Origin: Candidatus Pelagibacter sp.
Lineage (GTDB): Bacteria > Pseudomonadota > Alphaproteobacteria > Pelagibacterales > Pelagibacteraceae
Direction of reading: 5' to 3'
Assembly (NCBI RefSeq): GCF_052049775.1
Contig: NZ_JBNGZH010000029.1
Coordinates: forward strand, 6,299 to 70,298
DNA: 64,000 nt
Positions 51,474-59,612 of the stretch are shown piece by piece. A program made the translations under genes and the position numbers. The notes under the pieces are model-generated. The model searched no databases, had not been told where the DNA came from, and saw only the letters and a program-made list of their open reading frames with translations. Numbering within the stretch: the first letter of the stretch is position 1; each line of letters starts with the position of its first letter.

Positions 51474-52728
51474 AAAAATAGGCCTGGTTGATTGTAACTC
51501 TTTCTATGTTTCATGTGAAAGATTATTCAATCCAAGAATAAGAAAAAAACCTGTAGTTGTACTATCAAATAATGATGGTTGTATTATTTCTAGATCCAAT
51601 GAAGCAAAAGCTTTGGGGATTAAAATGGGTCAACCTTATTTTAAAGCAAAAAATATTATTGTTAAAAATAAAGTTGAGGTTTTTTCATCAAATTATTCTT
51701 TATATGGCGATTTATCTAGAAGAGTAATGAGAACACTTAAAAGATTTAATACTGAAATAGAAGTATATTCTATTGATGAAGCATTTATAGATTTATCCAA
51801 TTTTCCAGATTCTGAAGTTGAAAAAGTTGGTAAAGAAATTAGAGAAACAGTTTTGCAATGGACTGGTATTCCAACGAGTATCGGTATTGCTAAAACTAAA
51901 ACTTTGAGCAAAGTTGCAAATCATATTGCTAAGAAAAAACAATCAGGGGTAACCAGTTTAATTGGAATAGAAAATTTAGACCCTATTTTAGAAAAAGTTG
52001 AAATCAATGATATATGGGGTGTTGGCAGACAACTGACAAAATTCTATCAAAAAAATGGCATCTATAATGCTAAGCAACTTAAGAATAAATCTAATACCTG
52101 GATCAAAAAATGCTCTAATGTTTTAAGCTCTAGAACTGCAATGGAACTTAGAGGAATACCTTGTATCAATTTAGAAACTACCCAGACTAAAAGAAAGAGC
52201 TGTGTAGTTTCAAGGTCGTTTGGTAAAAGAATTGAAAAATTTCAAGAACTAAAAGAAGCAGTTGCCAACTATTGTTTAAATGCGTCTGAAAAAATTAGAT
52301 CAGAATCTTTAGTTGCAAAAGCAATTACAGTTTTTGTTCGAACTAGTCCTTTTCAAAGAGACTACGGTTATTATTCAAATGCTAAAACAGTTGATTTTCC
52401 TATTGCAACAAACAATAGCATTGAAACTGTTAAGACTGCAGTTGCAATACTAGAAATTATATTCAAAAATGGTTATCGTTATCAAAAAGCAGGTGTGATG
52501 CTGACAGGACTACGTAATGACGATGGCAGAAAAAATTTATTTTCTTCTGAAAAAGATGAAAAAATAAAAAGTTTAATGCGATCAATTGATAATACTAATT
52601 ATAGATATGGCAGATCCACTTTAAGTCTTGCAAGCGCTGGGGTTCACAAAAAATGGAATATGCGAAGACAATATTCGTCTAAAATAGATACTGCTGATTT
52701 TTATTGTCTACCAACGATAAGAGCTTAA
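51451..52728 (+). CDS. umuC: DNA polymerase V catalytic subunit UmuC (Y family)
   Basis: VDCNSFYVSCE, SNNDGC, YSIDEAF, SRSFG, YQKAGVML and WNMRR; overlaps umuD. Confidence 0.95.
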   Translation: MSSIQRTKKIGLVDCNSFYVSCERLFNPRIRKKPVVVLSNNDGCIISRSNEAKALGIKMGQPYFKAKNIIVKNKVEVFSSNYSLYGDLSRRVMRTLKRFNTEIEVYSIDEAFIDLSNFPDSEVEKVGKEIRETVLQWTGIPTSIGIAKTKTLSKVANHIAKKKQSGVTSLIGIENLDPILEKVEINDIWGVGRQLTKFYQKNGIYNAKQLKNKSNTWIKKCSNVLSSRTAMELRGIPCINLETTQTKRKSCVVSRSFGKRIEKFQELKEAVANYCLNASEKIRSESLVAKAITVFVRTSPFQRDYGYYSNAKTVDFPIATNNSIETVKTAVAILEIIFKNGYRYQKAGVMLTGLRNDDGRKNLFSSEKDEKIKSLMRSIDNTNYRYGRSTLSLASAGVHKKWNMRRQYSSKIDTADFYCLPTIRA

Positions 52729-52732
52729 ACAA

Positions 52733-53563
52733 TTAATTTTGAATTAATTTTAAAAGTTTTTCTTTACTGCTTGTTCTAAAAAGATTGTCATAGTAAACAA
52801 CTTGAGTTGGGTATTCTCCATATACTTCATCGTTCCATCTACTAATCCAGCTATGATAAATTCCGAATTTATTAAAAAATTTGCCGCCATAACCTGTCCT
52901 GCCTTTGTAATCGTTGTAGAGTACATCATCAACATACATCTTAATAAATCCTTTGTCTGGATCTTTAGACATTTTGGTATGGAATATAATAGTTGTCCAC
53001 TTGCCTCTCATGTCATCAATTTTGAGATCTTTGTATATCAATCCTTGAGAGTCCATTCCATTTACAGCAAAATATCTCGGTTCTAAATTACCTCTTTTAA
53101 CTCTAAGCATCATCCTAGGATGTCTTTGTTGATTAGTATTTCCCCATTCATATATCTGAAAAAGAGAAGTGCTAACAGGCTCAACTGTTTTGAAATCTTT
53201 TGGAATAAAAATACTTACTGAAATCCACTTCTCACCCGTATATCTAGGTTTTGCAGAATACTCACTTCTTGCTCGATCTCCACCTCCATGTCCAACCACA
53301 GCATCTCTACCATTATTTACACAATCGGAATAATCACCATCTTGATCCCTGCCACAATCTCTAGGTAACAATGTTATCTTCCAAGCTTTTTCACCTAAAG
53401 CTGGAGAGGTGACAGTTTCTCTAAACTTAGAAAGCTTCTTACCTTTTGCTACACTTTTTTTCCATTGAAGATTTGTAATTTCTTTTGCATCAACTTTGTT
53501 TAGAAAATTGGATGATCCTAAAAAAGTTATAGTTATAAAAATTGTAACAAAAATTTTTTTCAT
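52733..53563 (-). CDS. Exported polysaccharide-lyase-like (beta-jelly-roll) protein
   Basis: Signal peptide, DC...RARSE, SIFIP, LFQI, W..IIFH.K.S....GFIKMYVD, YKGRT, NKFGIY and YYDN resemble heparinase-I/Polysacc_lyase-type folds (recognised by eye only). Confidence 0.6.
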   Translation of the reverse strand: MKKIFVTIFITITFLGSSNFLNKVDAKEITNLQWKKSVAKGKKLSKFRETVTSPALGEKAWKITLLPRDCGRDQDGDYSDCVNNGRDAVVGHGGGDRARSEYSAKPRYTGEKWISVSIFIPKDFKTVEPVSTSLFQIYEWGNTNQQRHPRMMLRVKRGNLEPRYFAVNGMDSQGLIYKDLKIDDMRGKWTTIIFHTKMSKDPDKGFIKMYVDDVLYNDYKGRTGYGGKFFNKFGIYHSWISRWNDEVYGEYPTQVVYYDNLFRTSSKEKLLKLIQN

Positions 53564-53568
53564 AAAAC

Positions 53569-54438
53569 TTATTTAATATTTTCTATATCGTTTATATTAG
53601 ATAAAGCTTTATCAAATTCAGCCATATTTTCTCTTAAAGCTAAATTCGAAATTGAGTAGACGGCTATTAATAAAAATACCAAAGGCAATGCCGTCACCAC
53701 AGAGGCATTACTCTTAATAAATAAGATATATAAAATAATAAATAAACCTGAACGAATTAAAAATGTTTTTCTAAAAACACTCATGATTGAAAACGAATGC
53801 TTTACTAAATTAAAAAAACTCATTTTCGATGGACCAAAATATCTAGTGCCTCTAGTGGATGGTATTGGCAATAAATTATTTTCAATTTTTTTTAATGATC
53901 CAGAAAAACTATTCCAGGTAGCTTTTTCTTTGATCATTTTTTCAACTGTGCTTTTTGGGAGGCATGTATAGTTTCCAAATTTAATTGATTTACCAGTAAA
54001 AGTTAATGTAATTAATTTATGCAATTGATAACAAATTTTAAAAATTAATTTTTCTGATCTTTTTACTCTCTCACCAACTATTGGATTATTATTTGAATTT
54101 TCTATTTGATTGATAAATTCTTTAATTTCTTCTGGTCTATCTTCGCCGTCACCATCCATTGGAATTACGTAATCAAAGTCTTCTTTTTCAAAGATATATT
54201 TCAATGCAGTTGCAATACATCTTGTGTGACCTTGATTAATTTTCATATTTAAAATTTTAATTGAATATATATTGTTAAAAACCTTTTGCCTCTCTTGACG
54301 ATCATGTGTTGAAGCATCATTGACAATAATCACTGAGATTTCGTGGTCCAAATCCGAAATATTATTATCAATTTCGTTCAGCAGTTTAGAAACTGATTGC
54401 CAGTCATTATAAATAGGTACTAAAATTTTAATTTTCAT
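53569..54438 (-). CDS. Glycosyltransferase family 2 (polyprenol-phosphate sugar transferase-like)
   Basis: ILVPIYND, IVNDAS, NQGH, MDGDGED and two C-terminal TM. Confidence 0.88.
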   Translation of the reverse strand: MKIKILVPIYNDWQSVSKLLNEIDNNISDLDHEISVIIVNDASTHDRQERQKVFNNIYSIKILNMKINQGHTRCIATALKYIFEKEDFDYVIPMDGDGEDRPEEIKEFINQIENSNNNPIVGERVKRSEKLIFKICYQLHKLITLTFTGKSIKFGNYTCLPKSTVEKMIKEKATWNSFSGSLKKIENNLLPIPSTRGTRYFGPSKMSFFNLVKHSFSIMSVFRKTFLIRSGLFIILYILFIKSNASVVTALPLVFLLIAVYSISNLALRENMAEFDKALSNINDIENIK

Positions 54439-54446
54439 TTAAAATA

Positions 54447-55769
54447 TTAATATCTTCCTAAACAGACATCACCTACACAAATAAATTGTGATGAATTATT
54501 GAGTATCTCTTTATTATTTAACCCCTCCCACTTTGGTCTAGATTTTAAGTGATATGAGAGATTACCAGCTTTCCACTCATCGCCAGTTACAAATTGAATT
54601 TCTTTATCAAAATCTTGATCCCAGACATATTGAATTTTCATTGCAATTTCTTTTCCAGGATAATCCGTTCGTTTATCAGTCTGTGATAATGAGACATAAG
54701 AATAAAGAATAGGAGATAGAAAAAATAAAAATAGAAATCCATAAAGAAATGAATTTATTTTTTTCAAATTAATTTGTGATTTAAGAAGATATAAAAATAA
54801 CACTCCAAAAAATAAATAAAAAGGGGTCATCCACATCGTTCTAATCTTTGAACCAGTAATCAATGATGTCAGAAACATAAAAATAATAGGCATAAAGTTA
54901 ATAAATAGTAGAAATATTAATTTTTTATCTTTTATATTGAGCTTAAATTTTATTTTTTTAGCGAGCAACCAAATCAAAAAGAAGAAGGGAACCAGGATTC
55001 CAATTTGTTTTGATAAAAATAATACTGGATTACTAATGTGATCTAAAATTCCAGAACTTTCTAATCCTGTTCGGTTTAATCCATACGTTATAGTTATAAA
55101 ATCATTGTTGAAGAGCCAAATAAAATGGGGAACTAATAGAACTAAAAATACCTCAATTGTTATCAAATATTTAAAATCAAATTTTTTAGTTTTTTTGAAA
55201 AAAATTAAATAAATGAATAGTAGATCTATTGATACCAAAAGGTAGATAAACAAGTATTTAGATAAAAAACCAATCGCACCAAATAAGCCAAATAGAAAAC
55301 AATCTGAAAATTTTATTTCCTGTGATGAATAAATTTTCCATGAATAATAAACAACTAATGACCAAAATGGTAATTGGCAAACATTTACATTAAATTCAGG
55401 AGAGGTGAAATTATAGAAATAGATAGAAACTAATAATAAAACAGAAATTAAACTTAATTTTAAATCTCTAAAAATTTCAAAAGCAAATTTAAATACGTAA
55501 TAAAAAGAAATTATCACAAATATTTGACTTAATAAATAATAAACCCAATCTTGAGTACCAAAGATTTGAAAAAGAACTTCAGGAAAAAAAGCACTCATGG
55601 GAGGATGTTTATTAAAACCCCAATCTAAATTACTTCCCCATGCTAATGCTTCAATTGTGTCTAATGGTAAATTTTTATTTGTTAATGAGGGAATCAGTGT
55701 CCAAATTATTAAATGCGACAATGCAAAAATAAAAAATATATTATTAATATTTCTATCCAGAACATTCAT
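54447..55769 (-). CDS. GT-C (ArnT/PMT_2, GT39/83-like) membrane glycosyltransferase
   Basis: DTIEALAWG..L.WG..KHPP, LSKY and PHFIW; multi-TM; start taken at ATG 55769. Confidence 0.85.
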   Translation of the reverse strand: MNVLDRNINNIFFIFALSHLIIWTLIPSLTNKNLPLDTIEALAWGSNLDWGFNKHPPMSAFFPEVLFQIFGTQDWVYYLLSQIFVIISFYYVFKFAFEIFRDLKLSLISVLLLVSIYFYNFTSPEFNVNVCQLPFWSLVVYYSWKIYSSQEIKFSDCFLFGLFGAIGFLSKYLFIYLLVSIDLLFIYLIFFKKTKKFDFKYLITIEVFLVLLVPHFIWLFNNDFITITYGLNRTGLESSGILDHISNPVLFLSKQIGILVPFFFLIWLLAKKIKFKLNIKDKKLIFLLFINFMPIIFMFLTSLITGSKIRTMWMTPFYLFFGVLFLYLLKSQINLKKINSFLYGFLFLFFLSPILYSYVSLSQTDKRTDYPGKEIAMKIQYVWDQDFDKEIQFVTGDEWKAGNLSYHLKSRPKWEGLNNKEILNNSSQFICVGDVCLGRY

Positions 55770-55847
55770 AAGTAAATATTTACAATAATTAACGTTGCTT
55801 GACACCCCTATTTTGCTGAATATACTCCCTCGAATTCAAATTGAAAA

Positions 55848-56372
55848 ATGCCTAAAACTAGTAAAGTTAAGAAAAAGGTTACTAAAGCTAAATCTAAAAC
55901 TGTAACTAAAGCAAAACCTAAGACCATCAGTAAACCAAAAGAAGTTAGCAAAGGACCTATTAAAATTTCCAAAACATATATTCCAAAAGAAACTGAAAAA
56001 TATATGTGCGAAAAACATAAGGTTTTTTTTAGAATGAAATTACAAGAATGGAAAAAAGAGCTGGTTAGAGCAAACAATGAAGCTCTGTATAACGGCAGTA
56101 TGGATGATAATAGTATTTCAGCCGATATTGTCGATCAAGCAAGTTCATACACAGATAAAAATGTTGAAATGAAAGCAATCAATAGACAAATCAAACTGAT
56201 TTCAGAAATTGATAAAGCTTTAGCTAGAATAAGAGAAGATACTTATGGATTTTGCCTAGATACTGCAGAACCAATAGGGCTAAAAAGACTCATGGCGAGA
56301 CCTGTTGCAAAATATACTATAGCTGCACAAGAAAAACATGAGAAAGATGAGAAAGTTCATGCAGATGACTAA
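55848..56372 (+). CDS. dksA: RNA polymerase-binding transcription factor DksA
   Basis: YMCEKHKVFFR, DIVDQA (DxxDxA) and YGFCLDTAEPIGLKRLMARP; Lys-rich N-terminal extension. Confidence 0.93.
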   Translation: MPKTSKVKKKVTKAKSKTVTKAKPKTISKPKEVSKGPIKISKTYIPKETEKYMCEKHKVFFRMKLQEWKKELVRANNEALYNGSMDDNSISADIVDQASSYTDKNVEMKAINRQIKLISEIDKALARIREDTYGFCLDTAEPIGLKRLMARPVAKYTIAAQEKHEKDEKVHADD

Positions 56373-56490
56373 AAAAAAGAAAAGTAAAAAAGTTCATAAC
56401 CCAATTACCTATAATTTTACCAAAAAATATATTTACTATTATTATGGTTTTTTTTGGATTCTATTATTGTTATTCGTATTCATTAATTAA
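56365..56490 (+). CDS. Small basic single-TM peptide, 41 aa (not in the ORF track)
   Basis: Hand translation gives MTKKKKSKKVHNPITYNFTKKYIYYYYGFFWILLLLFVFIN; its ATG overlaps the dksA stop (ATGACTAA). Confidence 0.55.
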   Translation: MTKKKKSKKVHNPITYNFTKKYIYYYYGFFWILLLLFVFIN

Positions 56491-56595
56491 ATGAACCAAA
56501 AATTAATTTTAATAATTATTGCAATTGTAGCTATAGAACTATCCGGTCACGGAATTTTTGCTTCACTATTTAGGTTAATTAGCTCAATGAATTAG
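56491..56595 (+). CDS. Small hydrophobic peptide, 34 aa (not in the ORF track)
   Basis: Hand translation gives MNQKLILIIIAIVAIELSGHGIFASLFRLISSMN; it starts on the base after the previous TAA and its stop overlaps the convergent GST stop. Confidence 0.6.
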   Translation: MNQKLILIIIAIVAIELSGHGIFASLFRLISSMN

Positions 56596-57230
56596 GGCTT
56601 CGGTGGAACTTCATCTGTATTCATAAATTTAAAACCATTCTTCACCGCTTCTCTTTCAGATATCTCAACATACCATCTAGTAAGATTTTTATAATTTTTA
56701 AGACCAATGTCATGCCACTCATGTCGTGCTATCCAAGGAAAAGTTCCTATGTCAGCAATTGTATAATTTTCTCCAGCTAGAAATCTTGCTCTAGACAGTC
56801 TTGCGTCTAATTCCTCATATATTCTTTTAGAAATCTTGAAGTATCTTTCTTCACCAAACTGACTTTTACCTGGATTGTAATGATGAAATTGATGATGTTG
56901 TCCTAACATAGGTCCAACATAACCCATCTGCGCCATCAGCCATTGGTTTATCTCTAATCGATCTTTTGTGTCATAAAATTTTCCACTTTGTTCGGCTAAA
57001 TACATTAAAATTGCACCTGACTCGAAAATATTTTTATTATTATCCTGATCAATGATCACTGGTATTTTACTAAATGGACTTATCTTTTTAAATTCAGGTT
57101 TAAATTGATCACCTTTGTTGAGATCTATATTAACTACTTTGTATTCATAGCCAATCTCCTCAAGCATGATGCTTATTTTTTTTCCGTTAGGAGTGTTGGC
57201 AGAGTAAAGTTCAATCACTCTTTTTTCCAA
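56592..57230 (-). CDS. Glutathione S-transferase family (YfcG/YghU-like)
   Basis: TPNG, KIPVI, FESGAILMYL, QMGYVGPMLGQ and YTIADI. Confidence 0.92.
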   Translation of the reverse strand: MEKRVIELYSANTPNGKKISIMLEEIGYEYKVVNIDLNKGDQFKPEFKKISPFSKIPVIIDQDNNKNIFESGAILMYLAEQSGKFYDTKDRLEINQWLMAQMGYVGPMLGQHHQFHHYNPGKSQFGEERYFKISKRIYEELDARLSRARFLAGENYTIADIGTFPWIARHEWHDIGLKNYKNLTRWYVEISEREAVKNGFKFMNTDEVPPKP

Positions 57231-58230
57231 GTCTTTTCAATAAGTTTGATGAGGTTGTTGTAAATTCAAATCTATATTTTTCATTGGGTCTTGCTAATTT
57301 AAAACAAGCTCTTGCAGCTAAAGCACCTTCATGAAAACCAGATAAGATTAATTTTAATTTGCCAGGGTAATTACAGATATCCCCTACTGCATAAATTCCT
57401 TTTTGATTAGTCTCAAATTTTTCTGTATCTACTTCAATTGTTTTTTTATCAATATTTAATCCCCAATTAGCAATTGGTCCGAGCTGCATAATTAAACCAA
57501 AAAAACCTAATACATAATCAGTTTTTAAATTTTTAATCTCATTGTTATCATGTTTGATATCAATACTTTCTAAATTTTGATCTCCTTTAACAGAAGCCAT
57601 TTGATATTGGGTAAATAAATTTATTTTTCCATCTTTTGCAAGTTGATGAACTTTATCTATTGTGGCTTGTGCACCTCTAAATTCGTCTCTTCTGTGTATC
57701 AAATTCACACTACATTCTTTTGATAATTCAACAGCCCAATCTAAGGCGCTGTCTCCACCACCGAAAATTGATACAGTTTTGCCAGTAAATATCTTTTTAT
57801 CTTTTACCGAATAAAATAAAGATTTATTTTCAAATTTTTCACACTCTTTTGGAGAAAACTTTCTTGGTTCAAATGAACCAACACCTCCTGCAATGATTAC
57901 ATTAGGTGTTGAAAAAGATTTGTTATTATTAGTTTTTACCAACCAATTATCATTATCTTTTTTAACTTCTTCCACTCTTTCACTTAAATGAAATTTAATA
58001 TCAAATGGTTTTAATTGGTTGATTAAGTTATTTGTTAATTCTTCACCCGTACATTCAGGCACAGCGGGTATATCATAAATTGGTTTATCTGGATAAAGCT
58101 CAATACATTGACCACCAATCTTATCTAAATTATCAACTACTTCACAATTAAGACCAATTAGTTTTAACTGATGCGCGGTAAATAAACCTGTTGGACCTGC
58201 ACCAATTATTAATGCATCTGTTTTGATCAT
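57211..58230 (-). CDS. Ferredoxin-NADP+ reductase, thioredoxin-reductase-like (YumC/Fdr type)
   Basis: IIGAGPTG, GGQCIELYPDKPIYD, GGGDSALDWA, HRRDEFR and YPGKLKLILSGFHE; no CxxC. Confidence 0.92.
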   Translation of the reverse strand: MIKTDALIIGAGPTGLFTAHQLKLIGLNCEVVDNLDKIGGQCIELYPDKPIYDIPAVPECTGEELTNNLINQLKPFDIKFHLSERVEEVKKDNDNWLVKTNNNKSFSTPNVIIAGGVGSFEPRKFSPKECEKFENKSLFYSVKDKKIFTGKTVSIFGGGDSALDWAVELSKECSVNLIHRRDEFRGAQATIDKVHQLAKDGKINLFTQYQMASVKGDQNLESIDIKHDNNEIKNLKTDYVLGFFGLIMQLGPIANWGLNIDKKTIEVDTEKFETNQKGIYAVGDICNYPGKLKLILSGFHEGALAARACFKLARPNEKYRFEFTTTSSNLLKRLGKKSD

Positions 58231-58551
58231 TTAGGCTTGCTTCGATGGAATACTTACTTCAAGACCATCTATTTCATCTGAGACTACAATTTGACAACTG
58301 AGTCTACTATTTGTTTTAGGTTCAAATGCCATATCTAACATATCTTCTTCACCGTCTTCTTTTTTAGGAATTTTATTAAACCAATCTTCTTTGACATAAA
58401 CATGGCAGGTCGCACAAGCCATTCCTCCACCACAATCAGCGTCAATTCCTGGAATATCATTTTGTATAGCCCCTTCCATAACAGTCAGGCCATTTTGAAC
58501 TTCAACTTCGTGCTTTTGATTGTCGTGGGTAATGTATGTAATTTTTGCCAT
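58231..58551 (-). CDS. 2Fe-2S ferredoxin (adrenodoxin/putidaredoxin type)
   Basis: [12 protein letters not shown] and SRLSCQI. Confidence 0.96.
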   Translation of the reverse strand: MAKITYITHDNQKHEVEVQNGLTVMEGAIQNDIPGIDADCGGGMACATCHVYVKEDWFNKIPKKEDGEEDMLDMAFEPKTNSRLSCQIVVSDEIDGLEVSIPSKQA

Positions 58552-58577
58552 TTGATTTGATATAGGTATAAAAAAAA

Positions 58578-58611
58578 ATAGGGCAAGTATGTAAAAACAT
58601 ACTCGCCCTAT
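58578..58611 (-). terminator. Intrinsic terminator of the proteorhodopsin gene
   Basis: Minus strand ATAGGGCGAGTATGT-TTTT-ACATACTTGCCCTAT followed by a long U run. Confidence 0.85.
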
Positions 58612-58631
58612 AAATTTATTTTAAAGCGTAA

Positions 58632-59402
58632 TTATCTTGCTCTTGCACCAGCTGAACTTACTGCAGCAGCCCAGATTACTAGACCGAATGCAATTTTGTT
58701 AATAAAGTCAGCTAAGTTGTAAATCACGTTTAGTGAGTCAGCGTCTACTCCACCTGTTAGGTAACCAAAAATGTAACCTAATGGGTAAATAGCCCATCCT
58801 ACTGTTACGATCATTCTCATTGCACCAAAAGCAGTAACAAGTGCTTTGTTTCCACTCTTAGCAGCAGCTTTTCCAGCTTCTCCTGAGAATATTTCATATA
58901 GAATGTATATCCATCCTGCCATACCGATTACAAAACCGAGTGTAGCGTTGATATATCCAGCTTCTCCTAAATATCCACCGATTAACATTACTAATGAACC
59001 GATTAACAATCTCCAGAACATTCCAGAGTTTGCTTTTCTTACAGCTGCTAGAATTAAGTAGAACTCTATCATCTGTAATGGCACAGTAATTAACCAGTCA
59101 ATATATCTATACACTGTAGGTGAATCACCAGTAGTCACCCATACATCCCTCATGTACATGTAATGGATGAATGCAATACCAGTTACAAGACCAGCAACAG
59201 TTACTGACGTTTTCCAGCCAGGAGCTACAGTTCCTCTTTCCATGAAGAAGAAAGCAGTAGCAGCCAACATACCCATTGAAATTATCCAGAAAGATATCCC
59301 AACAAAGTCATCTTGAGCTAACATAGTGGTCGCTGCGTTTGCAACACCTGTTATACCGATAAGGGCAACAGCTGCTAATGCAAACATTTTAAGTTTTTTC
59401 AT
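58632..59402 (-). CDS. Proteorhodopsin, blue-absorbing type (Gln at position 105)
   Basis: RYIDWLITVPLQMIEF gives D97, T101, Q105 and E108 (DTE pump motif); His75 in FIHY; retinal Lys in DFINK; GAGGGAG Shine-Dalgarno. Confidence 0.98.
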   Translation of the reverse strand: MKKLKMFALAAVALIGITGVANAATTMLAQDDFVGISFWIISMGMLAATAFFFMERGTVAPGWKTSVTVAGLVTGIAFIHYMYMRDVWVTTGDSPTVYRYIDWLITVPLQMIEFYLILAAVRKANSGMFWRLLIGSLVMLIGGYLGEAGYINATLGFVIGMAGWIYILYEIFSGEAGKAAAKSGNKALVTAFGAMRMIVTVGWAIYPLGYIFGYLTGGVDADSLNVIYNLADFINKIAFGLVIWAAAVSSAGARAR

Positions 59403-59430
59403 AAAAAACTCCCTCTTTAGTTAGTTTTTA

Positions 59431-59466
59431 TTAGTTTATATAAACTAAGCTTAGGTCGCCCTAAGC
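59431..59466 (-). promoter_or_regulatory. Two adjacent hairpins in the proteorhodopsin upstream/leader region
   Basis: GCTTAGG-GCGA-CCTAAGC (GNRA loop on the mRNA strand) and the 18-bp palindrome TTAGTTTATATAAACTAA. Confidence 0.5.
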
Positions 59467-59612
59467 AAAAGTTGTGGTTAAATACCAAATTAAAAGACTT
59501 TATTGAAGACTTAATTGTCATTAATTTACATTGATTTTCCTTGTTTTTTAAAATTAAATACAATTTGTGATTTAAAAACCACAACAAATTATAACAACGA
59601 ATCAAAATAACG

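Noticed and set aside
51078-53563. Prophage, ICE or transposon around umuDC
   Set aside because: No integrase, transposase, tRNA target, terminal repeats or phage genes are visible, so it is not called a mobile element.
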